This document shows positions 29,358 to 39,677 of a stretch of 64,000 nucleotides of DNA, in pieces. The position numbers and the translations under genes are program-made. The notes beneath the pieces are model-generated. The model was not told where the DNA came from and did not search any database. It was given only the letters and a program-made list of their open reading frames with translations. Position 1 is the first letter of the stretch, and each line of letters opens with the position of its first letter. The DNA is from an uncultured Planctomycetales bacterium (lineage in GTDB: Bacteria; Omnitrophota; Gorgyraeia; Zapsychrales; JAHFFX01): the NCBI GenBank assembly GCA_964464475.1, contig CAYXGG010000004.1, positions 4,940 through 68,939 on the forward strand, given 5' to 3'.

Positions 29358-29889
29358 ATTTGATCCCCCGATCTGGCCCCCATACTGGTACTCTATCCTG
29401 CAGCACTTCAGAGACCACATAAAATATCAAATCCGCCGATGGCGGACATCCCGGCAGATAATAATCGACTTTAACGACCTGATGAAGCGGAACGACCCGG
29501 TCAATGAGTTTCTGGATTTCAGGTGAGGTCGGCACGTGCCCTTGGTCATTGCTCTCTGCCAAAACATAAGACCGTTCCAGCACGTGCTCTTTAGAGACAG
29601 TATTGCGTAACGACGACACATTCCCCGTGACCGCGCAGTCACCGAAAGCAATGAGGATCTTACTCCGCTCGCGGATATGCCGGATCTCACGCCAATGTTC
29701 GTCGCTGGCGACCGCCCCTTCCACCAGCGTCACATCCACATAGGGAAATTCTTTGCCATCAACAATAGGGCTACGCACAATGTCCGCCAACTTGACCACT
29801 TCCAAAATCCTTTCGTCCATATCCAACAACGACATGTGACACCCCGAACATCCCGCGAGCCAAACCGTAGCTAATTTTTTTTTGATCAT
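29350..29889 (-). CDS. hoxY: [NiFe] hydrogenase small subunit HoxY
   Basis: GCSGCH ... GCPP Fe-S ligand motifs of the short group-3 small subunit. Confidence 0.85.
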   Translation of the reverse strand: MIKKKLATVWLAGCSGCHMSLLDMDERILEVVKLADIVRSPIVDGKEFPYVDVTLVEGAVASDEHWREIRHIRERSKILIAFGDCAVTGNVSSLRNTVSKEHVLERSYVLAESNDQGHVPTSPEIQKLIDRVVPLHQVVKVDYYLPGCPPSADLIFYVVSEVLQDRVPVWGPDRGIKYG

Positions 29890-30596
29890 AGGCCCAACTT
29901 CCTTTTTTCAACTAAGTCTGTCACCACATTAGGAAACTTTTCCATTTGCCCCTGAAAGGTATATTTGTTCCATAGCGCTCCTGTCGGGCAAACCTGCAAA
30001 CATTTACTGCACCACGTGCATGTTTCGGATTGTCCCCAAGGCTGATTAAAATCAGCAATCAACCGTGCTTGCACACCGCGGTTCATGATGTTCCAATTGT
30101 GCGCGCCTTCCACTTCCGAACATACCCGCACGCATCGCGTGCAAAGAATGCACCGATTATGATCCAACACATATTTGGGATGAGAAGCATCCACCGAGCA
30201 GTTTTGGTTTAAATAGGGAAAACGCACATGGTCCATGCCCACATTACGGGCCAAATCTTGTAATTCGCAATTGTTATTAGCCACACACACCGCGCAGATG
30301 TGGTTTCGTTCTGAAAAAAACAATTCCACAATCATTCGCCGATATTGTTGTAATTTTTGAGAATTAGTGCGGATCACCTGGTTGGCCGCCGCTTTCGTCG
30401 TACATGCAGGTAACAACTTCGCGATGCCTTCAACCTCAACTAAACAAAGACGGCACGCGCCCACGTCCGTTAACCCGTCAAAATGGCACATCACGGGAAT
30501 AGGAATCTCTAATTCTCGACAAATCTCCAGGATCGTCTTGCCGCTCTCAACTTCTACAGCTTTTCCATCAATCGTAATCGGGATTTTCAACGCCAT
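29886..30596 (-). CDS. hoxU: Hydrogenase diaphorase subunit HoxU (NuoG-N-terminal-like 2Fe-2S/4Fe-4S)
   Basis: Multiple Cys clusters (CRLCLVE, CxxCxxC...CP) of NuoG-like Fe-S domains; 236 aa. Confidence 0.85.
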   Translation of the reverse strand: MALKIPITIDGKAVEVESGKTILEICRELEIPIPVMCHFDGLTDVGACRLCLVEVEGIAKLLPACTTKAAANQVIRTNSQKLQQYRRMIVELFFSERNHICAVCVANNNCELQDLARNVGMDHVRFPYLNQNCSVDASHPKYVLDHNRCILCTRCVRVCSEVEGAHNWNIMNRGVQARLIADFNQPWGQSETCTWCSKCLQVCPTGALWNKYTFQGQMEKFPNVVTDLVEKRKLGL

Positions 30597-30605
30597 AGTT
30601 CCTCC

Positions 30606-32255
30606 TCAATGCGTGGCTTCCGCCTGCAAATAGGCTAAATATTCATGACGAAAATACCGCAACGTACTTAATAATGGATTGGGCGCGGACATTCCCAACC
30701 CACAGAGGCTGGTGTCTTTCACAAACGGAGCCAATTCTTCCAGTAATTCCAAATCTCGGACCGTTCCTTGACGGGAACAAATTTTGGTTAGCAAATCATA
30801 CATTTGTTTCGTACCAACACGGCAAGGCACGCACTTGCCGCAGGATTCATCCATACAAAATTCCATAAAAAACCGTGCCACGTCCACCATGTCGGACGTT
30901 TCGTCCATGACGATCAAACCGCCGGATCCCATGATCGACCCCAAACTGACCAACGATTCATAATCAACCTTAGTGTCCAGATGATCTTTGGGGATACACC
31001 CGCCGGACGGACCCCCGGTTTGGGCGGCTTTAAACTCTTTCCCTCCCGGGATCCCGCCGCCGATGTCATAAATGATTTCCCGTAACGTCATACCCATAGG
31101 GACCTCGATCAATCCGGAATTATTAATTTTTCCGGCGAGCGCAAACACTTTCGTTCCGGCACTCTTTGCCGTGCCGAACTGACCGAACCATTCTCCCCCC
31201 TGCAATATAATCGGAGCAATGTTAGCCAACGTTTCCACGTTATTGATTAACGTCGGCTTGCCCCACAACCCGGATTCCGCCGGATATGGCGGACGGGGAC
31301 GCGGCGTTCCCCGTCGGCCTTCGATAGACGCAATCAAAGCGGTCTCTTCCCCACAAACAAAGGCGCCCGCGCCAATGCGGATCTCCACATCAAAACTAAA
31401 ATCGCTTCCCAAAATATTCTGACCGAGTAACCCGTATTTGCGGGCCTGTTTGATGGCCATGTCAAACCGTTTAATGGCCAACGGATATTCACCTCGGATA
31501 TAAGCAAAACCTTTCTGCGCGCCCACCGCGTAACCGGCGATGATCATGCCTTCCAAGACCCGATGCGGGTCACCTTCCAAAACACTGCGGTCCATAAAGG
31601 CCCCGGGGTCCCCTTCATCCCCATTACAAATAACGTATTTGTCGGCGGAGACATATTTATAAACGGTCTCCCATTTTAATCCCGTTGGGAAACCGGCCCC
31701 ACCCCGACCGCGCAAGCGGCTTTCTTTTATTTCCCCGATGACTTCTTCGGAAGAATATTGGCAGACGGCCTTCTGCAAAGCCAAATAACCGTCGACGCTA
31801 ATATATTCCTCGATGCTCTCAGGATTAATGCTGCCGCAGTTACTTAAAACAATCTTCACCTGCTTTTTAAAAAATGGGTCCTGAGAAGCGTCCGCGGAAA
31901 CTTTTTCTCGCGTGTCGGAAAAAAGAAAGAATTCCTTCACGGGAACATTCTCCATAAAATGCTTTTCAACAATGCCTTCCACTTGATCAGGTTCTTTGAT
32001 CTTTTGATAAAAAGTCTGATCCGGCAGGACCTTGACCATGGGACCCTGATTGCATAGCCCCATGCAACCGGAAGGAACAACCCGGATCTCCTGCGCCAAA
32101 CCTCGCTCCTGAATAGCGCTGGTCATGGATTTTAAAACCACCTCACTGCCCGATGAGGCGCAACCGGAACCGCAGCACACGCACACTTTTTTTCTGAATT
32201 TCGCGTTCTCAACTTTTACGTCTTGAGCAATCTTGTTTAATTCGTGCAAATTCAT
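30606..32255 (-). CDS. hoxF: Hydrogenase diaphorase subunit HoxF (NuoF-like NAD(P)H/FMN-binding)
   Basis: [17 protein letters not shown] site, C-terminal 4Fe-4S CxxCxxC, N-terminal thioredoxin-like 2Fe-2S. Confidence 0.9.
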   Translation of the reverse strand: MNLHELNKIAQDVKVENAKFRKKVCVCCGSGCASSGSEVVLKSMTSAIQERGLAQEIRVVPSGCMGLCNQGPMVKVLPDQTFYQKIKEPDQVEGIVEKHFMENVPVKEFFLFSDTREKVSADASQDPFFKKQVKIVLSNCGSINPESIEEYISVDGYLALQKAVCQYSSEEVIGEIKESRLRGRGGAGFPTGLKWETVYKYVSADKYVICNGDEGDPGAFMDRSVLEGDPHRVLEGMIIAGYAVGAQKGFAYIRGEYPLAIKRFDMAIKQARKYGLLGQNILGSDFSFDVEIRIGAGAFVCGEETALIASIEGRRGTPRPRPPYPAESGLWGKPTLINNVETLANIAPIILQGGEWFGQFGTAKSAGTKVFALAGKINNSGLIEVPMGMTLREIIYDIGGGIPGGKEFKAAQTGGPSGGCIPKDHLDTKVDYESLVSLGSIMGSGGLIVMDETSDMVDVARFFMEFCMDESCGKCVPCRVGTKQMYDLLTKICSRQGTVRDLELLEELAPFVKDTSLCGLGMSAPNPLLSTLRYFRHEYLAYLQAEATH

Positions 32256-32773
32256 GACGGCACCCCGACCTTTGCATTTAACACATCTACGGCTTCCTGA
32301 GCCTTTAATCTTCCCACGACTTTCTCATCGACCACAATCACCGGAGCCAACCCGCAAGCCCCCAGACAGCGCGCGGTCTGCAGTCCCAAGCGATTATCTT
32401 TGGTCACTTCTCCGGGCTTCAGGTGATAATCTTCAGCGATTTTATCCAAAATCATGTTGGCCCCTTTCACGTAGCACGCCGTACCCGTGCACACCAAACA
32501 CGTGTGCTCACCTTTAGGCTTTAAGGAGAAAAAATGATAAAACGTGATGACGCCAAAAACCCGGCTGGGAGGCAGAGACAATTGTTGCGCGATAAACTGG
32601 ATAACGTTAAGCGGCAGATATCCATACGCGCTTTGCGCGGTATGTAGGATTTGGATCAGCGATTCCGGACGGCCCTGCTCTTTTTTGATTGCGGCCAAGA
32701 TAAGTTTGGAACGAGGGTCTTCTTTCGGCAACGTCCTAACAGTCCGTTGCCGAACCATTTGATATTGGGGCAT
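32252..32773 (-). CDS. hoxE: Hydrogenase diaphorase subunit HoxE (NuoE-like 2Fe-2S)
   Basis: NuoE-type CxxxxC...CxxxC 2Fe-2S ligands; translationally coupled to hoxF. Confidence 0.85.
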   Translation of the reverse strand: MPQYQMVRQRTVRTLPKEDPRSKLILAAIKKEQGRPESLIQILHTAQSAYGYLPLNVIQFIAQQLSLPPSRVFGVITFYHFFSLKPKGEHTCLVCTGTACYVKGANMILDKIAEDYHLKPGEVTKDNRLGLQTARCLGACGLAPVIVVDEKVVGRLKAQEAVDVLNAKVGVPS

Positions 32774-32799
32774 AGGAACCTCACTTCTTAATTGACTCC

Positions 32800-33789
32800 T
32801 TAGTAAAATGTTTTCAGCGCCTTCATGTAATTGGCTCGTTCAAAAGCTTCGGGATTAGGGCAACGCTGCTGACTTAAACTGCCTTTCATCTGGGTCACGG
32901 AATCATAGTTGTGTTCTTCCATCCACCTTTTCATTTCCTCCAAAACCGTCTCCACATGATCAATACCGTTTTTTAATAGGGCCGAACACATCATCGTCAC
33001 GTCAGCCCCCGCCATCAGCATTTTTAAAACATCGCTGGCTTCATGGATGCCGCTCGTCGCGGCTAAACTTAATTTCAAATGACCATAAAGGATCGCAACC
33101 CAACGTAACGGTAGCCGCATCGCCTGCGGCGTGCTCAGCAACACGTTCGGGACGACGACTAAGTTCTCGATGTCCAAATCCGGTTGATAAAATCGGTTAA
33201 AAAGCACCAAACCGTCCGCTCCGACGGCTTCCAAACGCTTGGCCATGTTCGCCAGGGCGCTAAAAAAGGGACTGATTTTCACGGCCACCGGAATGCTCAC
33301 CGTGGACTTGACTGCTTTTAAAATATTGATGTATCTTTGTTCAATCTCCGTACTGCTCGCGTTAAAATCCGTGGCCATAAAATAAATATTAAGTTCAATC
33401 GCGTCGGCGCCCGCCTCTTGCATCAGTTTGGCGTAACGAATCCAGCCGCCTTCCGAATGACCGTTTAAGCTGCCAATGACCGGGATCTTCACAGCCGCTT
33501 TGGCCTGTCGCAAATGGTTCAGGTATTCATCCGGGCCTAAAATCAACTCATCCGGTTCCGGAAAAAAGGTCAATGATTCAGCATAACTTTCGGTCCCGTA
33601 AGAGAGATAATGATTCAATTCTTTGATTTCTTTTTGAATCTGTTCTTCAAAGAGAGAATACATGACCACGGCCGAGGCCCCGGCATCTTCCAATTGTCTA
33701 AAATTATTAATGCTTCCCGACAAAGGAGACGCGGAAGCAACCAAGGGATTTTTTAATTTCAGACCTAAATAATGCGTCGTGAGATCCAT
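32800..33789 (-). CDS. Dihydroorotate dehydrogenase family (class 1 / dihydropyrimidine-DH-like) FMN TIM-barrel protein
   Basis: N-terminus LGLKLKNPLVASASPLSG typical of DHOD 1A/1B / PreA. Start probably at internal Met (MDLTTHY) just downstream of the nifJ stop. Confidence 0.65.
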   Translation of the reverse strand: MDLTTHYLGLKLKNPLVASASPLSGSINNFRQLEDAGASAVVMYSLFEEQIQKEIKELNHYLSYGTESYAESLTFFPEPDELILGPDEYLNHLRQAKAAVKIPVIGSLNGHSEGGWIRYAKLMQEAGADAIELNIYFMATDFNASSTEIEQRYINILKAVKSTVSIPVAVKISPFFSALANMAKRLEAVGADGLVLFNRFYQPDLDIENLVVVPNVLLSTPQAMRLPLRWVAILYGHLKLSLAATSGIHEASDVLKMLMAGADVTMMCSALLKNGIDHVETVLEEMKRWMEEHNYDSVTQMKGSLSQQRCPNPEAFERANYMKALKTFY

Positions 33790-33802
33790 AGTATTTCTCT
33801 GG

Positions 33803-36800
33803 TTATTGTTTTTGTTGATTCCCATTGGAAGTAGCGGCCATCGCGCTTAATATTTTCCAACGCTCCTGAACGTCTTTTTTGGCTAAATCCATTAACCGGC
33901 GCGCTTCATCCGGATGGCTTTTCGTCAACATTTTGTAACGGTTCTGACGATATGCGTATTCCTGCAGAGGCACCGTCGGTCCTCCGGAATCCAATACCAA
34001 CGGCGGCTTACCTTCATACGCGAGTAGCGGATTGTAACGAAAAAGTGGCCAATAACCGGTCTGCACCGCTGCCTTGTGCTCTTGTAAAGCGGTGGTCATA
34101 TTGATCCCATGCGCGATGCAATGGCTATAGGCAATAATCAGCGACGGGCCGTCATAGGCTTCCGCCTCCAGAAAAGCGCGTACCGTGTGCTCGTCTTTCG
34201 CGCCGAAAGCAACGCTAGCGATATAAATATTCCCGTACGTCATCATCATCCGCGCCAAATCTTTCTTCCCTTGGGTCTTACCACCGGCTGAAAATTTGGC
34301 CACTGCGCCTCGCGGCGTGGACTTCGACATTTGACCACCCGTATTGGAATACACTTCCGTATCAAGAACCAACACATTCAGGTTTTGCCCGGAGGACAGC
34401 ACGTGATCCAACCCCCCAAAACCGATGTCGTAGGCCCACCCATCTCCGCCGATTATCCAGATACTTTTTTTAACCAGCATATCGGCCAGTTCCAGCAAGC
34501 GTTTAGCTTCCCAGCGAGCCAGCTTTGACAATTTCTGTTTTAAAATGTCAACCCGTTCCCGTTGTTCCTGAATTTCTGATTCATCATGTTGAGGAGAATG
34601 CAGCAACCCGTCAACCAGCGATGAACCTAAATCATTCGCCAATACTTTGACGAACTCTTCCGCCATCTGTCGTTGTTTGTTAACCGACAATCGAAATCCC
34701 AAACCGAATTCTGCATTGTCCTCAAACAGCGAATTGCTCCAGGCGGGACCCCGACCGGCATTATTTCTGGCCCACGGGGTCGTCGGTAAATTCCCGCCGT
34801 AAATGGAAGAGCAACCGGTCGCGTTGGCGATCAGCGCTCGATCTCCGAATAATTGTGACATCAATTTCAAATATGGCGTTTCTCCACACCCCGCGCAGGC
34901 GCCGGAAAACTCAAACAAGGGTTTAGCCGCTTGCAAGCCGCGTACAGTATTCAACTTAAGCAACGAACGGTCCACCTCAGGGAGACGCGTGAAATGATCC
35001 CAATCGGTCCGACCTTGCGCGACGATTTCTCCCGCCGGTCGAATATTGAGGGCCTTAATGCGCGTTTCGGTTTTGCTGCGCGCCGGACAAACATCGGCAC
35101 ATAATCCGCATCCTGTGCAATCATCAACAGAGACCTGGATCGTAAATTGTTGATCTTTAAATTCTGGGTCTTTGGCAGGCATATATTTGAAACCGGAAGG
35201 CATCTGTGGAATTAAGTCGGCCGTGAACACTTTGGTACGAATGACGGAATGGGGACATACAAATACGCATTTACCGCACTGAATGCACAGATCCGGTTTC
35301 CACTCAGGTAACTCCGTGGCGATCCCTCGCTTTTCCCACTGGGCTGTTCCCGTCGGATAAGTCCCATCAACCGGCAACCGGCTGACGGGCAGCTTATCCC
35401 CGCACATAGCCATCATGGGCGCCGTCACCTGTTTGATGAAATCTGGCGCCGACGGATGGACGCCGGTATTGCGCTGGCGAGTAGCAGTGACTTTTGTAGG
35501 TACGGTCACTTCCTGCAGCCGTTGCAAGGCAATGTCAACCGCCTGATAATTCATCTGGACAATCTCATCACCTTTTTTACTATAAGTCTTTTTTATAAAA
35601 TCTTTAATCAACTGGATCGCCGCGGCCTTTGGCAAAACGTTGGAAATAGCAAAGAAACACGCCTGCATGATGGTATTGATGCGTCCCCCCATCCCCGTCT
35701 CAATGGCGACCTTGCTGGCATCAATAACAAAGAACTTTAATTTCTTATCAATGATCGTCTGCTGCACTTCCCGCGGCAAATGGTCCCAGACCTGACTGGC
35801 GGCGTAAGGGCTATCTAAAAGAAAAATACCCTTCTCTTCTATTTTTTCCAAAACATCAAACTTTTCCAAGAATCCGAATTGATGACAACCCACAAAATTA
35901 GCCCGACTGATCAAATAGGACGACCGAATCGGGTTCGGGCCAAAACGCAAATGCGATATCGTCATCGATCCGGATTTCTTGGAATCATAAACAAAATATC
36001 CTTGGGCGTAATTGTCCGTGTTCTCGCCGATGATTTTAATCGTATTTTTGTTAGCGCTCACCGTTCCATCAGACCCTAATCCATAAAAAATGGCTCGGAC
36101 CGTCCCGGCACCTTCCGTGCTAAACGTCCCATCAACCTCTAAACTGCTGTGCGCAACATCATCATGAATCCCAACGGTAAAATGCCGCTTCGGATCTTTC
36201 TTGAGCAATTCATCAAAAACCGCCTTGGCCATGGCCGGGGTGAATTCTTTCGATGCTAATCCGTATCGTCCTCCAATAATATTAGGTAGCGCCTTTAAAA
36301 TACGCTGGCCGGCTTCTTGGACGGCGTTGACCACGTCCAAGTAAAGTGGTTCGCCCGCGCTGCCCGGTTCTTTCGTCCGATCGAGGACCGCGATGCTTTT
36401 CACAGTCGAAGGTAACGCCGCGACGAATCTCTCAACATCAAACGGACGAAACAAGCGAACCCGCAAAACACCGACCGATTGCCCTTTCGCATTAAGGTGC
36501 TCGACAGTTTCCATAATCGCCTCGGCGCTGGATCCCATCGTGACAATCACCCGTTCAGCATTGGATGGTCCGATATACTCATAGAGTTGGTAGCCACGTC
36601 CCGTCAACTGTTTCAGTTTGTCCATTTCTTGTTGAACAATACCCGGGCACGCCAGATAAAAAGCGTTGGCTGCCTCTCGGGCCTGAAAATAAACATCCGG
36701 ATTCTGCGCCGTCCCGCGCATGACCGGCCGGTCAGGAGTTAACGCTCTCAAGCGATGCGCTGAAATCAAATCCTCAGGGATCATTTGCTTCAACACGTCC

Positions 36801-37363
36801 AGATCAAGAACATCTATTTTGGAAATTTCATGAGAAGTCCTAAAACCATCAAAAAAATGAACAAATGGGACCCGAGATTTCAACGTTGCCGCGTGGGCAA
36901 TTAAAGCAAAATCCATGACCTCCTGCACATTGCCGGAAGAAAGTAACGCAAATCCGGTTGAGCGCGCGGCCATCACGTCTTGATGATCCCCAAAAATCGA
37001 CAAGCCTTGCGCGGCGATCGCGCGAGACGCGACATGAAATACCGTCGAGGTCAACTCGCCGGCAATCTTATACATATTAGGCAACATCAACAGCAGCCCT
37101 TGAGATGCGGTAAACGTCGTGGCCAAGGAGCCTGACTGCAGCGCCCCGTGCAACACCCCCACCGCGCCCACCTCGCTTTGCATTTCCTGCACCAAGGGAA
37201 CGGTGTCCCATAAATTCTTGATTCCGGCGCAGGCCCATTCGTCCGCCAACTCTCCCATCGTTGACGACGGGGTGATCGGATAGATGGCGATCACTTCATT
37301 TAATCGATAAGCGATGTAAGCGGCCGCTTCATTGCCTTCTAACGTCTTTTTTAATTTGACCAT
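33803..37363 (-). CDS. nifJ: Pyruvate:ferredoxin (flavodoxin) oxidoreductase, single-polypeptide PFOR/NifJ
   Basis: 1186 aa; domain I N-terminus (YPITPSS), ferredoxin CxxCxxCxxxCP pairs, TPP-binding GDG motif. Confidence 0.95.
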   Translation of the reverse strand: MVKLKKTLEGNEAAAYIAYRLNEVIAIYPITPSSTMGELADEWACAGIKNLWDTVPLVQEMQSEVGAVGVLHGALQSGSLATTFTASQGLLLMLPNMYKIAGELTSTVFHVASRAIAAQGLSIFGDHQDVMAARSTGFALLSSGNVQEVMDFALIAHAATLKSRVPFVHFFDGFRTSHEISKIDVLDLDVLKQMIPEDLISAHRLRALTPDRPVMRGTAQNPDVYFQAREAANAFYLACPGIVQQEMDKLKQLTGRGYQLYEYIGPSNAERVIVTMGSSAEAIMETVEHLNAKGQSVGVLRVRLFRPFDVERFVAALPSTVKSIAVLDRTKEPGSAGEPLYLDVVNAVQEAGQRILKALPNIIGGRYGLASKEFTPAMAKAVFDELLKKDPKRHFTVGIHDDVAHSSLEVDGTFSTEGAGTVRAIFYGLGSDGTVSANKNTIKIIGENTDNYAQGYFVYDSKKSGSMTISHLRFGPNPIRSSYLISRANFVGCHQFGFLEKFDVLEKIEEKGIFLLDSPYAASQVWDHLPREVQQTIIDKKLKFFVIDASKVAIETGMGGRINTIMQACFFAISNVLPKAAAIQLIKDFIKKTYSKKGDEIVQMNYQAVDIALQRLQEVTVPTKVTATRQRNTGVHPSAPDFIKQVTAPMMAMCGDKLPVSRLPVDGTYPTGTAQWEKRGIATELPEWKPDLCIQCGKCVFVCPHSVIRTKVFTADLIPQMPSGFKYMPAKDPEFKDQQFTIQVSVDDCTGCGLCADVCPARSKTETRIKALNIRPAGEIVAQGRTDWDHFTRLPEVDRSLLKLNTVRGLQAAKPLFEFSGACAGCGETPYLKLMSQLFGDRALIANATGCSSIYGGNLPTTPWARNNAGRGPAWSNSLFEDNAEFGLGFRLSVNKQRQMAEEFVKVLANDLGSSLVDGLLHSPQHDESEIQEQRERVDILKQKLSKLARWEAKRLLELADMLVKKSIWIIGGDGWAYDIGFGGLDHVLSSGQNLNVLVLDTEVYSNTGGQMSKSTPRGAVAKFSAGGKTQGKKDLARMMMTYGNIYIASVAFGAKDEHTVRAFLEAEAYDGPSLIIAYSHCIAHGINMTTALQEHKAAVQTGYWPLFRYNPLLAYEGKPPLVLDSGGPTVPLQEYAYRQNRYKMLTKSHPDEARRLMDLAKKDVQERWKILSAMAATSNGNQQKQ

Positions 37364-37407
37364 GACTACTTTCTTGACTCTAAAATTAAACCCTTTGGTG
37401 ATTTAGA

Positions 37408-38049
37408 TTACCAACCCAAATATTTCATTCCCATTCCAAGAATAATAAACGTCATTGCTGCCAACGCCTGCGGCCAACGCGTCGCCTGAAACTTAGGCAT
37501 CCGCAAATAATTCATCCCCCATAACCCCGTGGCGACCAACCCGATCATGGTTACCATGGTGCTCAGCCCAAAAGCACCCACCACCATCCATTTCATACTC
37601 GGGAAATGTGTCCAATCCGGTAAAGAAAGGATGGGAATAAGCGGTTCACAAGGACCAACGACGAAGAAAACAATCAGCGCCACCTTGAGCGCCTGACCTT
37701 TAACTTGAAGATCCTCAGCTTGAGTGGCGACAATTTCTTTTCGCAACGCCCAGATTAAATAAACAACGCCCGTCACTATGAGCACCCAGGCCGCGACATC
37801 CCCCCGCAAAGATTCAAATACTTCCCATCTGAAGAAAGAAAATTTCATGGCGAGAAGGGCTTGCCCGATCACCATCGCGAACATGACATGCGATAACGCG
37901 CATAACATCGTTAGTCCCATCACCTTCCTTAGATTCAAACGCTGGGCTTTGGCCAACGCGATAATCGGCACATAATGATCCGGCCCCAGGATGGCATGAG
38001 TGACTCCTGTCAAAAACGCAAAACACAACCAACCCATCAATTCGTTCAT
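37408..38049 (-). CDS. hupE: HupE/UreJ-family nickel (Ni/Co) permease
   Basis: About 6-TM 213-aa protein with the N-terminal HAILGPDH motif (family signature HPxxGxDH); sits next to the hydrogenase genes. Confidence 0.5.
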   Translation of the reverse strand: MNELMGWLCFAFLTGVTHAILGPDHYVPIIALAKAQRLNLRKVMGLTMLCALSHVMFAMVIGQALLAMKFSFFRWEVFESLRGDVAAWVLIVTGVVYLIWALRKEIVATQAEDLQVKGQALKVALIVFFVVGPCEPLIPILSLPDWTHFPSMKWMVVGAFGLSTMVTMIGLVATGLWGMNYLRMPKFQATRWPQALAAMTFIILGMGMKYLGW

Positions 38050-38067
38050 GTTAACCTCCCATCCGAC

Positions 38068-39666
38068 TCACATAGCCCCGCCCGTATGACAATCAAAACA
38101 TTTCATATCACGCCACAAACCATCATCTTCAAACGGATGTTCAAACTCCAAACCTTCAACACTTCTCTTAGGCTGGCTAGCCGGACCCTGTTCGATGATC
38201 GTATGACACACGTCGCATTGCTGCGTGATGACTTTACCTTCAACCGATTTATGTTCTTCGTCATGACAACGAAAGCAACCGGGAGAATTCATATGGCCAA
38301 TATTATCTGGATACGCGTCCCACCGCGCTTTCATCTCTGGGAAGAAATTATGCTGAAATAAATCCACTAACGTCGTCGCCGCTTGATCAACCTGCGCGCC
38401 TTGCTGCGCTAAAACCTCGGGATAGTTCTCCTGATAATACGCCAGCAGGTTAGTTCTAATTTCCTGAATCGCCTGCTGTTCCGTTTCATACGTTTGGCTA
38501 AGTAGCTTTAAAGCAACTTCCTTCAATCCAGGCAAAGTTTCGGGCATTTTTCCTTGAACCATAGCTTGGTTAATGAGTCGATCGGGAGCGCGATAATGAT
38601 GAGAAGGCCGATTATGGCAATCCATGCAGTCCATTTTGCGAATCTGACTGGGAAGCGGCGCCTTATCTTTAAAAACTGAATTGTCCGTGACATACACCGT
38701 CTCCTGGCCATCTTTGGCAACACTCTTCACCCAAGTAATGTCTTGCCGCTTCTCATCTTCGGCGGCGTAATAAATGTCGTGATCAATGTACATATGCGCG
38801 TGGATGCCAGCATCACTGTTCTCGCTTCGCCCAATCGGCAACAGCATCCGCAATGACCATTTTTCTTTGTCCGCGGAAGAAGGATAATAGGTTCTTTTCA
38901 TTTCTACGGAACTGTAGAATTGCCCCGGCCAGTGACAATGCTCACAGGTTTCTTTGGCGGGACGAAGATTCTTAACGGGAGTGGGGATCGGTTTGGGATA
39001 AGATTTTTGAATCGTTTTGAAAACCTGGCGAAGGCCGGACATTTTTGAGCGAACGTACCAATCCGCGCCCGGACCAATATGGCATTCCACACATTTAACA
39101 TTGGCATGCGGGGAATGCTGATAAGCGGTATATTGTGGTTTCATCACATCATGGCAGGTGGTGCCACAAAACTTAACGGATTCGGAGTATTGAAAGGCTT
39201 TATACGAACCAATGGCCGTCATGACCAAAACAATCGTTGTCCCCACCGAGAAAACAAAAATGGCATTACGGTGCTCTGGATTGGTGGGATCAATAAGGAT
39301 CGATTTGGGTTCAATTTGAGAATGACCTAAAGCAACACGCCTTCTTTTCCAGAGCGCCCCCACGGGAATCAGAAATAAACCTCCAATTAAAAATGGCGGC
39401 AGAATCAGATAGGTAAAAATAGCGAGGTAGATGTTGGATCCACCGGAAAAGAAATCAATACCGAACAATAAGAGTTCGGCCACAATGGTTAAACCGGCCA
39501 AAAATAAACCAAAATATGTAGTGCTGTTGTAGAAATACGCCGAAAATCGGTGGGGAGGTTGACCACCGTGAACATTTTCTGAATTAGATTTTTCCGATTG
39601 TTCAGTCATATTGGTTTTGGTTAGCGACACAGGTTCCGGCCGAAGGGCCGGAACCTCTATCCCCAC
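38068..39666 (-). CDS. Inner-membrane heptahaem c-type cytochrome, ImcH-like (NapC/NirT-related quinol dehydrogenase)
   Basis: Three N-terminal TM helices, then seven CxxCH motifs (CGTTCH, CVECH, CEHCH, CMDCH, CFRCH, CDVCH, CFDCH); about 530 aa, as in Geobacter ImcH. Confidence 0.65.
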   Translation of the reverse strand: MGIEVPALRPEPVSLTKTNMTEQSEKSNSENVHGGQPPHRFSAYFYNSTTYFGLFLAGLTIVAELLLFGIDFFSGGSNIYLAIFTYLILPPFLIGGLFLIPVGALWKRRRVALGHSQIEPKSILIDPTNPEHRNAIFVFSVGTTIVLVMTAIGSYKAFQYSESVKFCGTTCHDVMKPQYTAYQHSPHANVKCVECHIGPGADWYVRSKMSGLRQVFKTIQKSYPKPIPTPVKNLRPAKETCEHCHWPGQFYSSVEMKRTYYPSSADKEKWSLRMLLPIGRSENSDAGIHAHMYIDHDIYYAAEDEKRQDITWVKSVAKDGQETVYVTDNSVFKDKAPLPSQIRKMDCMDCHNRPSHHYRAPDRLINQAMVQGKMPETLPGLKEVALKLLSQTYETEQQAIQEIRTNLLAYYQENYPEVLAQQGAQVDQAATTLVDLFQHNFFPEMKARWDAYPDNIGHMNSPGCFRCHDEEHKSVEGKVITQQCDVCHTIIEQGPASQPKRSVEGLEFEHPFEDDGLWRDMKCFDCHTGGAM

Positions 39667-39677
39667 AATTCAAATTG

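Noticed and set aside
29357-29420. N-terminal extension of HoxH (MWSLKCCRIEYQYGGQIGGSN) and similar upstream-Met extensions of hoxW (27940-28027), hypC (24814-24877) and the DHOD-like gene (33789-33825)
   Set aside because: The extensions overlap the preceding genes and precede the conserved family N-termini (MVNQEQK...RIEGH, MSSN...GYGNP, MCLAVPG). Internal starts give standard operon junctions.
37408-38049. Calling the 213-aa membrane protein HoxN/NixA (NiCoT) permease
   Set aside because: NiCoT proteins are about 330-380 aa with eight TM helices and the HA(V/F)DADHI motif. This protein is short and has the HPxxGxDH-like N-terminal motif of HupE/UreJ. I kept that lower-confidence assignment.
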